A stretch of 64,000 bases of DNA, from NCBI RefSeq assembly GCF_000181795.1, contig NW_003526941.1:8668140-8732139 (forward strand), given 5' to 3'. Position numbers and translations under genes: made by a program. Below the pieces are notes generated by a model. It made no database searches. It was not told the origin of the DNA and was given only the letters and a program-made list of their open reading frames with translations. This document shows, one piece after another, positions 1 through 12,086 of this stretch (positions are counted from its first letter, which is position 1; every line of letters starts with the position of its first letter). The DNA comes from Trichinella spiralis. Its lineage: Eukaryota.

Positions 1-52
1 AGAAATGAACAGCATGGATTATGATGTGAAAGGGAAAAATGAAATTGTCTAC

Positions 53-3000
53 GTTGACTCCAAAATTTTGCAATTGACGAGCAGCTGCAATGCCGGATAT
101 TCCAGCGCCGACAACTACAACGGACATCTGAAACAATGTAATGTAAAACAAAACGCGTACAACCAAGTGTGTTCGAGAAAGATGATTAGAAATTTAAATA
201 AATAAATAAATATATATATACCTCTTTCGGAGCAATACTGAAACAGTTTGGTGGGTTTTTCAGCAATCCAAAGTTAACCAAGCCTTGGTGAGTCAAAAAT
301 TGCAAAATACGTCCCACTTCGTGCGTCAACAATATGCGTATAAGACCACGGCAAATGATTTTCTTCTTACAATCGGCCGGAGTTATCCAATTCTAAATGA
401 AGATGTTTCATATTTGGACGAAAAATAAGAAGAATAAAATAAAATTTATACATACTGAAGGATTCAAATTCCACAAAGCCACTATCAAATTTCGAAGACA
501 AAGATAAAAGTTCTGTTCACTAAAAAAATAAAACATTTCTTTTCATGATTATCAACATGAATAAGACTGAAAATAATATCTAATTGTAATTTCAAAATAC
601 TACTATTAATTCCACGTTACTGGAAGATTTTTGTTTATTTTTTTTTAAATTAATACCTTTCATATTCAGGAAATGCTTTTATCTCATCCGGTTCCATAGC
701 ATCAGGTCTGAAACATCTTGCTCGATCATAATCTGTAGCCATGTAAAATGGTTGAGCATTTTGTTCAACAGAGACCGACACTGGAAAAGAATAAATTGGA
801 AATTTGGCGTAAAATTTGAACAAATAAGAAAATTAAGCTTATTTAAATACATACAAAATTTATACAAATGCGTATCCACTAAACTGGTAGGGCTCATGCC
901 TAATAGATCAAAGTAATATTCTTTTTTGAGAAATACAGCAGCTGGACTATTTTTCAGCAAAGGTGGCACGGCTAAATACTTAAACCAATAGGAAACCAGT
1001 GCACGCCGGGCTACCTGAAATGTAGTTAGCTTTGTGAAATTAAATAATGCTTCGTGAATATTATAAAAATAACAATTACCGGATCTTCAGCCACAGAACA
1101 AGGATCTTGTCCGTCATCGGTCGGCGATATAACGCGACTGCAATCAAAATTTGCAAAATCATTATAATAACATGTGCCAAGCACTGTCCGCCATTTCGAA
1201 CATTTCATACACTGAATCCAATAAGGCAGAACTTCTAAATTACAAAAAAAAAATAATAAATAAATTGTCTTCGGGCAATTATGAAACTGTGGTTGGAAAT
1301 GGCAGATGTTATAACTGCTACTGATAAATGAATTCAAATGCATCGGGTACCGATATTAAACGCACAGTAATTCAAGTGCTGAAACAAATAATAAAATTAT
1401 GCTTTTCTTTCTTGCTTTTTCTTATTGCATTATACTGACAATTACACAGTAAGATGATCTGTCCAACTGTAAAAATGTTTCATCAAAACAATAAAAAGAA
1501 TACCTTAAAACTTATCGTATATATTTGTATTACTACTTTTGAACACCAACTAGTAATCATGAAACAGATCAGCGCATCAGCATTCTCTTCAACCTTGATT
1601 TTTTAATTATACAGTAGATTTCCTGTACATATCACATAATACTATGCGTAAAAAGTAGGCATGTTGGTGAATTTGAAAAAAATAAATAAATAATATTTCA
1701 TATTCATCTCCATCAAATTCGAAACCTTCTACTTCAAGAGAAGAATGCACATATTTCGACTAATAATAATCATGTTTGACTAAATAACTTTCACACAAAT
1801 TCTGAGATTCACTTCCTCCTTCTTTGGCGAACAAAACAATATGCAACATTTCCTTCCTGATAAAATTGAAAAGAATTGAAAAAAAAAACAGTTCACACAT
1901 TAAAATTACAAAGTTACACGACAGCAGAAGATGTTATAATAATTTTTTGAAAAGTGTCTTAAAACAAACTTTCCCATATACTTGCACATCAACAATAAAG
2001 TACCTGAACATAACTAATAGAACAACAAAAGATGCGTGTATCAATTGAATAAAAAGGAAAAGCTGAATTTGAAACTCCAACAAATTTGATGAATCTATTC
2101 ATTAAAAAGAAAAATGTTTTTATTTTTACTACTTTAAATTCATATATTACTGAAAACCCACTGCTGAACAAAACTTACACGCTAACTTGAAGGGAATAAA
2201 AAAAACCTATATCATCAACTGAATTGTTAAATTCTATATGGAAAATTCATATTTTTCTTTTCATGTAATTCTCAACTTGGAAATGTACAACTGTTTTCTC
2301 TCTCCTTCTCAATATGACCGTAGGAAAAAATAAACAACTTTAGCATTTCATGATAAAATAATCAATTGATGACATCACTAGGTGACACGGCATTTCGCTT
2401 AAAACATTTCTTTCTGCCTGACTAATGCAAGAAAGTCATTTACAATAAAGCTCGACTGAAAATAACGAACCCTTGAATAAATCTATCCGTATTACACTAC
2501 ATATATATGTATTAAAGATGAGATAAAATGTGATGAATTTCATTAAAAATTATACTATATCTGTGAAACGTGTCATTCTCTCTGACCTTGTGCAAGAGCA
2601 AATTTCACTGCACTACAAAAGCCTTAAATAAAGCTTGAAGAGGAAAAGCTATTGCATTGTAGAAAAGTAGAATGAAGGTTTGTTTGTGTAAAGAAAGAAA
2701 GAAAAAAAATTAAGAATATTTCGTGAAGTGGAGTAGACTTTGAAAACAACTTGGTTTAACTTGGTTCTTAGCAGACGTGAAAAAAAACAACAGAATAAAC
2801 ATCTGCTTGAAAAGTTAATGACTTGATCAATACGTTGCGCTTATTGGCTGAAAAAGGCTTTCTCCAGCACCAGCCCCGCCCCTCTTCCCCGTACAACATA
2901 CGGTCCATGTGTAAAAAAAGGGTCAATCGTAGCTGACTGACCTTCTGCTATGAACAATTTGATCGATGGCAGCGCTTTTCCTCCGTTCAGTTTCCACAAT

Positions 3001-3488
3001 CGTCGCCAATCGTTCACTTTCCTCAGTCCAGATTTTTGCCTTAAAAATAATTAATAACCGTGTACAGTTGAAAATATTTGAATTTTTTATTCTTTGATGA
3101 AACATGTCAATCTCACTCACGTGTAACAATCATAACAACATTGGCAATAATGCTCGTCGCAGCTGATGTGATGCCATTTTGCACTTTTGAAAGTGGTACT
3201 ACATCTGAAATTAAACCATGCGAAGCAATGATAAATAAAAATTGAAATACCACATCACAGTGTAAATTGGGATCACCTGTCGGACAGTTTCAAAATGCAG
3301 ACAGGAATCACATCACGGCAGCCACGATGGGAACATCGAAGTACGACCGCATCTTTGCCGTTGGCAATCTCTACCAGACGGTTTACACGCTGTGGGCGTG
3401 ATCTCGATGTTGTCGATTTGATGATCGTGCGTCGTTGAAGGCGATCACTGGTCTGGCGCAATCGAGTCGCCATTGCATTCGGACACAT
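53..3488 (-). CDS. KDM1B: Lysine-specific histone demethylase 2 (LSD2/AOF1, amx-1-like), 5' part; gene runs off the left edge
   Basis: Exons joined in frame at GT-AG sites: 3488(or 3473)-3277, 3204-3121, 3039-2942, 1234-1080, 1014-855, 780-657, 519-456, 392-222, 127-53. They encode the C4H2C2 zinc finger (CSHRGC..PVC..RC..WHHISCDEHYCQCC), the CW finger (LPYWIQCMKCSKWR), PPLLKNSPAA..GMSPT, SWIRM (YLCLRNLIVALW..CRGLIRI..GLVNFG) and the FAD-binding VVVVGAGISGIAAARQL. The domain order is that of KDM1B. Confidence 0.93.
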
Positions 3489-4355
3489 CAACGATACTGA
3501 TGGTGTAAAACAATACCAACCTTCTTCAACCAATTATTCTATATTTGGTTATCAACAGCCAACACTGATCATCAATACAATAAAGCTTGCGCCTTGGTAA
3601 AACAAAAACTTAACAACACCTACAGTATGACAACTAACGTATACCTAACCGTCAAACAGCTGGGTAATTTAGTAGAAGTCGCAACAAAGTCAAGTACATC
3701 TAAAAACAATAACCAAACAGCACAATCAAGAAATAACTTAATATAAATAGTTTTATAAAATAAAAATTTAAACTTTTATTTCGATAAAGTAATTCAGGTT
3801 GTAATCGTTGCTTTACGCATAAAACTTCACCGTTTTTTAATATAAATTAAAAAATGCATTATAACTTTCAAAAATTGACAAAGTCCCGCTAGACCAACAC
3901 TAATTATAAATAATCAACAATAAAAAACACTCGACCGCAGATCATATCAATTCTACTTCTAAATAAGTTCAGCTTTGGAAAGCAATGATTTTACTGAACT
4001 GCGTGATTTTAGAGATGCTTTTAACAACAAAAATAAAAATAAAAAATAAAGTAATATCAAATACATCACAATTACCCCAAACTATATAATATCAAATAAT
4101 AATCTGAACCTCTGATGAAAATCATCCATCAGCAACAATAAGTTAATTTTATCTTTTTCATTCTTAAACTTTTATTTACAACTTTACATCATTACTTTTT
4201 AAAAAATCATTCTCAACAAATTATTTACATTTTATTTTTTAAATCCACTAACATTCGATTAGACTACATCAAATGCACCATATAAAATTCATACCTGAAT
4301 ATATTTTCCTGTCTGTACAATATTGACTTTTGAAATTTGTCGAGTGAGGGGAAAA

Positions 4356-5258
4356 ATGGCTACCGAAGATAGGCTGCTATGGATGGGTGACCTGGAACCG
4401 TACATGGATGCTTTATTTATAGAAAACGCTTTTCGTCAACTTGGACAATCGGTGAATGTTCGAATGGCAGTCGATCGGAACGGTAATGCGGCTAGATATT
4501 GTTTCATCGAGATGCCGGATTCGGCGACCGCGAGACGGGCAATGCTCACCATAAATGGAACCGACATACCAAATTCCAAGACCAAATTTAACCTCAGCTA
4601 TGCAAACAATTCAAACAGCAATTTAGTTGAGTACAGTCTTTTCGTCAACAATCTCTCTTCTCAAATCAATGACGCTGAACTTTATCAAATTTTTGGTAAA
4701 AAGTAAGTGAAATTTAATTTCTCTGCATACACTGTTTTTCATTTTTTCCTATTTCAAACGAAATGTTGTGATGTATATATATACATTTTTTGTATGGGTT
4801 TGATTTTATTTAGGTTTATTTCATGCCGTGGTGCTAAGGTGTACAGAGGTCCGGATGGCCGTAGTCGATGTATGGGCTTTGTGCGTTTTAGCAATGAAAC
4901 TGAACAACAACAAGCTTTGGTGGAAATGAACAGAAAACTTATTCGTGGGAAAAAGATAATGCTACGAATAGCACCGGTTAAACCGCGAGCTCGTCAGGTA
5001 AACCGATGTACTACTACTGTTGAGCCAAGCGTCAGCCAAACTTATCATTATGATCACTTTCGACAAGCAATGCAGGCATGGCATGGTTTGAATGTTAGTT
5101 GTCCTCCTTTTGTGGATCAAATTGTTGAATACGAAACTTCCACTAAAGATACAAAAGATCTTATGCGCTCCAGTGAAGAGCTCTATACGGCTTTAGAGCA
5201 GACTCACTGGTATCCGAAAATTTCTTCCAACTCATCATTCAATCAGTTATCGCGTTGA
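4356..5258 (+). CDS. TRNAU1AP: tRNA selenocysteine 1-associated protein 1 (SECp43), two RRMs
   Basis: Exons 4356-4702 and 4814-5258 (263 aa). LWMGDLEPYMD, YCFIE, EYSLFV..L, SCRGAKV, GFVRF..E.EQ..AL and the C-terminal ELYTALEQTHW match the SECp43 family. Confidence 0.9.
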
Positions 5259-5337
5259 ATTACTCATTTTTCTTTATTATTATTATTATTAATTTACAAT
5301 CTGTTGATTAAAAATTATCAAAAAGTCAATGCATTGT

Positions 5338-6231
5338 TTATTTATCTGCAGTGAGCAGCAATAATGCACAGTCCAATACGTAAAAACTTTTCATCATGTC
5401 ACCTTCAGAAAGATAAGGCAAACGGGTAAAACGAACAACATTAAAACCACTGGGCTGCAATACTTTCTTGACAAAGCATTCCAACTGCTCTTCAAATGTA
5501 TTACCGTTCAAATCAATCCACTCCTTGGGAGCATTCGATTTGCCCTGATCTGTGTATTCGACAAACTGATACCACGGAAATACAACAGCAATCAGTACGT
5601 AAGCATTGCAAGCGACCGCTTTGGTATGGATGTGTCGAAGTAATGTCAAAGGTTCAGCGTGACGATCCAACAAATTAAGGCAAGATATGATTTCAAAGCA
5701 AAACCGTTCATCTCTCCATTCATCAATTCCAACAACTTTGATTCCATGTTGCCGCAATCTTAACCTCATGATTGGGGATGCTTCAGTGGCTGCAACATTT
5801 GGGAAAAATTTTTTCAATTTCAAAGTAATCTGACCATCACCAGCACCTAAATCCAAACAACCGCTACCATTCTTGGGCATAATGTCTAAAAAACTGTACA
5901 ACTGTTCGGCCGAAAATAGAAACATCGAGCCACGTCGTAAAAGTCCATTAATACAAGTTTTTTCAAAAAACAGTCTCAGCAGTGATATAGCAAAACCGTG
6001 AAACAGTTGCAAAATAGTCGAATCCGATTTTCGCTCGCTCTGTTTAATAAATTCAACCGTTTCGGAATCAATGTTCATTTTTACAAACGATTCTGCAAGC
6101 ACTGCCGAGCGAAATCTCGCAGTATCCAATGCATACCATGAATCATAGCTAGTGTTATTCATCAAATCACAGCTTTCTCGTTGGAGAAAAAGTTCACTAA
6201 GCCAACGATATCGTGCCAAATAGAAAGACAT
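5338..6231 (-). CDS. METTL9: Protein-L-histidine N-pros-methyltransferase (METTL9/DREV)
   Basis: Single-exon CDS of 297 aa with INGLLRRGSMFLFS, SAM motif LDLGAGDG, ISCLNLLDR and FTRLPYLSEGDM, all characteristic of METTL9. Confidence 0.93.
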   Translation of the reverse strand: MSFYLARYRWLSELFLQRESCDLMNNTSYDSWYALDTARFRSAVLAESFVKMNIDSETVEFIKQSERKSDSTILQLFHGFAISLLRLFFEKTCINGLLRRGSMFLFSAEQLYSFLDIMPKNGSGCLDLGAGDGQITLKLKKFFPNVAATEASPIMRLRLRQHGIKVVGIDEWRDERFCFEIISCLNLLDRHAEPLTLLRHIHTKAVACNAYVLIAVVFPWYQFVEYTDQGKSNAPKEWIDLNGNTFEEQLECFVKKVLQPSGFNVVRFTRLPYLSEGDMMKSFYVLDCALLLLTADK

Positions 6232-7306
6232 CAACAGTATACGATAAAGCTAAATTAATTAAGCGCTTGAGAGAAACACCCAGAAGCAAAATTGAATGGG
6301 CAATTTTTAATGAAAATCAAACTTAGCATTCACCCTTCCCATATTAGCAAAAATACAAAAATCAAACCAGAAACGCGAATTAAAGATCACATTCATTAAT
6401 GACGTCACAAAGTTCATTAGTGAAACAATAAGAAGCAAAGTGAACAACATGTGCAAAAATGGACTTACATTTTACAGTAAATTGTTACTTGGGTCAGCTG
6501 AAATGTTTCAATTAATGCTTGCCTTTTCTGATAACTTCTCTTCTTGGCTGAAATTGCCCAGCTTAATAATAATCTTCGGCAAAATCATCCGCGGAGGTCA
6601 TCGTTACTGTAGAAAAATCAAGTCGTAACATTGCATTCAATTATGAAGTTTTGCTGAATTGTACTGAGTGTATTTACACCGTTTTACTTCTTATATTTAC
6701 GTGTAGAAATATTTAGTTGAATTTAATTTAAAAAAATTATAATTGACTTACATATTATGTAAACAGAAGTGTAAAATATTTAATTTAATTTTAAAATTTT
6801 ACGTGCAACAAACACTTGTTCAACTGTAATATTTCCATCATTGCATTCATTTATTCATCACATTTATTGAACGTGGATTAGTTAATAATTCGTTTTGAAA
6901 AAAGCAAGTTTAAATTAGCTGCTCTACGTGAGCATGCATAATAATACTTGCGAAAAAAGTATCAAAAAAAGAAACATCGCCTAGCAATAATTTACTGTAA
7001 CTTAATAATACTTGAATATATTTATTACTGTTTACTTCTCCTATTTTAATGTAATTTTTAATTTAATTGAAAAAAGTATTATTTTGCTTATATTTTCTAC
7101 AATTATTTTACATTTCGCATAAATTTTTAAGAGTTTAAAATTTAACTTATCATGTTGATCATTGAACAAGTCGTTGGAATATGTTCGATTCATGAAATAA
7201 ATAATTATTGTCCGAATGATAGTTTATCTTATTTTTTTCCTTTTTATTTGTAGTTTTTTGCACTAGTATTGCTTTTTAAGTTTTAAATCTTCCCCGACTG
7301 TGAAAA

Positions 7307-9167
7307 ATGCCGCCCAAAGGCAAAGACAACCAAGCTGAATTGATGGCGTTAACTGTAACGGAGATTGTGGCGATTTTAATCGAAGCACAGCAAAAAGGAG
7401 AAGATGTCAACTTGAACAAGCTGAAGTGCGCTGTTTCGGTGAAATACGGTTTGAAGAGTCAGCCAAAGCTGGTTGATATTATCGCTGCAGTGCCAATGTC
7501 GCACAGAGAGTTGCTTTTGCCCAAACTGAAAGCGAAGCCGGTAAACGTTCATTTATTGTATATTGAAAGATGAAGAAAAACGAGAACAGTAATAACAGCT
7601 GCGAAGTTGTAATTGTGTTTGCGCAGGTTCGAACAGCAAGCGGAATTGCTATAGTAGCTGTGATGTGCAAGCCTCATCGTTGTCCGCATATTTACGTAAC
7701 TGGCAACGTGTGTTCCTATTGTCCGGGCGGTCCTGATTCAGATTTTGAATATTCAACGCAAAGTTACACCGGATATGAACCGACTTCGATGCGAGCAATT
7801 CGAGCACGGTACGATCCATTTTTGCAAGCCAAAGGACGTCTTCTGCAACTGCAACAATTGGGCCATTCAATCGACAAAGTCGAATATATTGTCATGGGCG
7901 GCACTTTCATGTCTTTGCCCGACGACTACAGGTGACCGACCAGTGCAGCCTAGAATACAATTTCCATTTTTTTACATTTGAATATTTAATTTTCAGAGAT
8001 TATTTCATTCGCAATTTGCACGATGCGTTGTCGGGTCATACGAGCCGCAACGTGGCCGAAGCAGTGCGTTATTCGGAACGTAGCAAAGTCAAATGTATTG
8101 GAATAACAATAGAAACTCGTCCGGATTATTGCTTGCAACGCCACTTGTCGCAGATGCTTTCCTACGGTTGCACTCGGCTAGAAATTGGACTGCAAAGCAT
8201 CTACGAGCATGTGGCTCGGGACACGAACCGTGGGCATACTGTAAAGGCGGTATGTGAAGCGTTCCGCTATGCAAAAGATGCGGGATTTAAAGTAAAAGCT
8301 AAGAGCAAGAAAAAATAGTAAAATGAATAATAATTGTACGCTGTTTCGCTTCAGGTAGTGGCTCATATGATGCCAAATTTGCCAAACGTGAGCTATGAAG
8401 AAGATTTGCATCAATTTCGAGAACTTTTCGAAAATCCCGACTTTCGACCTGACGGTTTGAAAATCTACCCGACTTTGGTCATTCGTGGAACTGGAATTTA
8501 TGAATTGTGGAAAAGAGGCAAGTACAAATCGTATCCGGCCGAAACGTTGATCGAATTGTTGGCGAAGATTTTGGAAATCGTACCACCCTGGGTGAGGGTG
8601 TACCGAGTGCAGAGGGATATACCGATGCCGTTGGTTTCCAGCGGTGTGACTTACGGCAACTTGCGGGAATTGGTGTTGGCAAGGATGAAAGAGCTGGGAA
8701 CGAAATGTCGCGACGTTCGCACGCGTGAAGTTGGCATTCAAGAGATTCACAACAAAGTCAGACCGAAGAACATTGAATTGATACGACGAGATTACGAAGC
8801 CAACGGCGGTTTGGAAACGTTTCTCTCTTTTGAAGATCCCGAGCAGGATATTTTGGTCGGCCTGCTGCGCCTGCGCAAAATACCCGACGACAGTCCAAAC
8901 AAGCAGCCAGAATTGGCCGGATACCGTTGTTCGATGGTTCGCGAATTGCATGTCTACGGTTCTGTTGTGCCGATAAGCTCTCGCGATCCGGACAAATTTC
9001 AACACAAAGGTTACGGTATACAGTTGATGAAAGAAGCCGAAAGAATTGCCAGAGAAGAGCACAAATCCGAAAAACTGTCTGTCATATCTGGCGTCGGCAC
9101 GAGAAATTATTACAGAAAACTTGGCTATGAACTCGACGGACCTTACATGTCGAAAATGTTGACCTGA
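7307..9167 (+). CDS. ELP3: Elongator complex protein 3 (radical SAM + KAT domains)
   Basis: Exons 7307-7540, 7627-7931, 7997-8291, 8355-9167 (548 aa). [91 protein letters not shown]. Confidence 0.98.
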
Positions 9168-10261
9168 TCAATATGCAAATGGAAACTTGATTGGCGGCAA
9201 TATAGTACGCTTGTATTATTATTATTAGTAAATATTGAATAATTTTCCCTATTCTATTTGAAAAATAATAATAAACGAACAAGCATACTAAAAACCGAAA
9301 AAATTGTTATAACTGCTAAATCTGCTTGCTACATTACAAATTGTGCTTTATAACATTTTATGTCTTTTTTCTTTATCTCTTCTGCCGGAAATTTATCCTG
9401 CGTTTCCAATTGATAAGAAAAAGTATGCAAAATGAAAAGAAAGAGATCATTCAAAGCGGAAACATTCTCCCATTTGTGAAAATTCATATACATGGGCTTC
9501 ATTTTACAGCTGCACATAAAAGCACCAATACATTCATTCCCATGTGAAAAGAGAAAAAAAAGAATTCAATTTTATACGCAACATAAAAGGCGTTTTGATC
9601 AAGTAAAATTTTCTACAAATTGCAAAGAATTTCGCAATTTTGCATGCAACATTATTAAAGAAGAAAATCAATGACGTTGCTGCAACAGCCTGCGTGTTCG
9701 TTTGGCAAACACAATAAAACTGCTATTTATTAAGATTAATCTCCGAGGCAAACAATTTCATTTCTTATTAATTGTAAGCTCATTTATGTGCAAAACATGC
9801 TAATTTAAATTTAATAACATTGTCATCAGATGTGAGGAGAACGCGGAAGCGTTGTATCATTTTTTGAAATCTCATTTTGAATTTGAAATGTTGGTTATTT
9901 TTATAATATTGACCAGTTTTATTAGAATCTATCTACAGAATGAATATTTCAAACTGTGCACCGAATACACAATGGAATATCTTATCTTTGTGGGCATCCA
10001 TTTTATCATACAGGAAATCGATCATCGAGAAAACAATTCATTACTCATTTTCAAAAATTTACATAATACACGGAATCATATAATCAAATGAAAAAGAAAG
10101 CAAGCTTAAGTTGTGCGAATTGTTCAAATAAAGAATTTGAATTATTTAAATGAAATGTGAAAGTTTCAAAAATTACTATTGCAAAAGTGAATGAACAAAC
10201 AAGAAAGCAAACAATTTTATAAGTGCAAATGCATAAAGGAGGAGAAAAAGAAGGCAGTTGT

Positions 10262-10288
10262 GAAGAAGAAGAAGAAGAAGAAGAAGAA
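10262..10288. repeat. (GAA)9 microsatellite
   Basis: Read directly from the sequence. Confidence 0.9.
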
Positions 10289-10480
10289 TATTCATGCTTG
10301 AAGCTGCAACTGCTGTTTGGTGACAGCAGCAGAACTAATAGATTCATATTATTGAAGAAGCATCTCTTACGAATGTGCTTCAGTTGACAAAGAAACGCGC
10401 TTCACGTTAGCGTTGTTATAAAACATTTTTCAAAATTACCGAAACAATCTGGAAAAAGTTTAAACTTTTTAATTGAAACA

Positions 10481-11240
10481 ATGGCAGCTGCAGCTCAAGC
10501 TAAAAACAACCTCGGTATGTGCTGTATTTCACAATTGATATTGTTCGCTTCATTGGTTTTATTGCTTAAATTTGCAGAATTTGCAAAACAAAATATTGGA
10601 AAACAATACGGAGTTTTGATGAATGGCTATCAAAAAGGTGACTGGCATGTTACCAGTACAATATACGGACCCAATTGTACCATCTTAGCACCGGGAAAAG
10701 CGTTAATCAAAGGAAAACAGGGTCTGATTCTTTGTGGCATTTGTAGTCTGATTTCATTGTTTATTACTTTACGAATGCTTTTTGTAGCCGCTGAAAATTA
10801 TTGGAAAGATTTAAGAGATGAATTAGGTGTCACAAAAATTGACATAAAATGTGATGAATTAAATGGAAGCGGTGAATGGTTTTTTGAAAGAGGAGCTTAC
10901 AAGCTTTTCAAACAAGACAAACCATTGCAAGAACGAGTGTAAGTTATTCTTTATCATCGTTAACGAAAAATTTAATTATTCTTTCAAACATAAATTTTCT
11001 GATTGAAATGACTTTGATTCGTTTCCACATGAATGACAAACACTTAAATCCTCATCGCCTACCATATATCATCCAGCTGTTTATTTATTCACAAGAAATT
11101 TAAATTCACCTTTTCCGTTTGAGTGCAAATTGTCTTAAATCTTATTCATCTATTTCAGGTATATAAAAATTTGGCGAAAATATGAAGGCAAAATGGTGAT
11201 TCATTCATATATATACAATATAGTCCCTGACAGTTCATAA
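10481..11240 (+). CDS. Small SnoaL/NTF2-like (DUF4440/YybH-type) protein, 136 aa
   Basis: Exons 10481-10514, 10578-10721, 10788-10938, 11159-11240 join in frame. The product ..YQKGDW...IYGPNCTILAPGKALIKGKQAAENYW...SGEWFFERGAYKL...VYIKIWRKYEGKMVIHSYIYN follows the DUF4440 pattern. Family assigned by eye. Confidence 0.72.
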
Positions 11241-12054
11241 TTGCTTGATTGAAGCTGAAACGAATTGCAAATGCAAGAATGAAATTCAAAAATTCTTAAA
11301 TGCATAATAATTTTCTGAATGCAGAATAATGTAGAAATTTGATTTGAAATAAACATATCAACATGTGAAATGCAGTTTTACATGCAAGTTGTGGTGCAAA
11401 TTTATCTACAAACCCGCGCGCATCTACTATGTGTATATACTCTAGTAGCATTATTACATTGTTTGGATAATATGAAAAAGTGGTCAAGCAGAAGAACAAC
11501 TACTGAAAAATTGCAAGCCCAATATGCAGTGACTATTGCATAATGGTGAAAATTTGCACATTCATAAAGGTTGACAATTCGCCTACACTCAGCAAATTTT
11601 TAAAACAAAATGACGAATTTTTTGTACAAAATTTTCATCTTCATTTGTCCACTCAGATGTAAGAATTTCAAATTCAAATCTGTTTCATCTATCTATTCTC
11701 TATCTAAAAGTGGAATCACAGCACGCGTCAGTGAGGATGCTCTTGGCCTTGATATTTATTTATTTACAAATTGCACGTTTGATTCACGGCATTCTCATTC
11801 GATCATTAATTTCCCCCAAAAATGCCATCTGAATGGGAATTTTCCAAGTTCAGAATAATATTTCTGGGAAAACAATAAATTAATTTTTTATTAAAGTAAA
11901 AAGGATATTTCCAAGTATCGATGTTATTTATTATCAGTGGTCAAAACCGGTTGTAATAAAATGCAAGCAAGCATGATAATAAATGCCGGTAGCTTTTCAA
12001 AATTGACAACTCTGCGAATGTGCGTTTTTATTTTTACCGAATATATATATATTT

Positions 12055-12086
12055 GTATGTATGTATGTATGTATGTATGTATGTAT
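12055..12086. repeat. (GTAT)8 microsatellite
   Basis: Read directly from the sequence. Confidence 0.9.

Noticed and set aside
2366..2586. TGATGA...CTGA pairs resembling C/D snoRNA boxes
   Set aside because: Antisense to the host intron, no terminal stems and no rRNA guide that I could recognise.
8178..9062. 294-aa antisense ORF over ELP3
   Set aside because: Mirror frame of a highly conserved gene with no independent motif.
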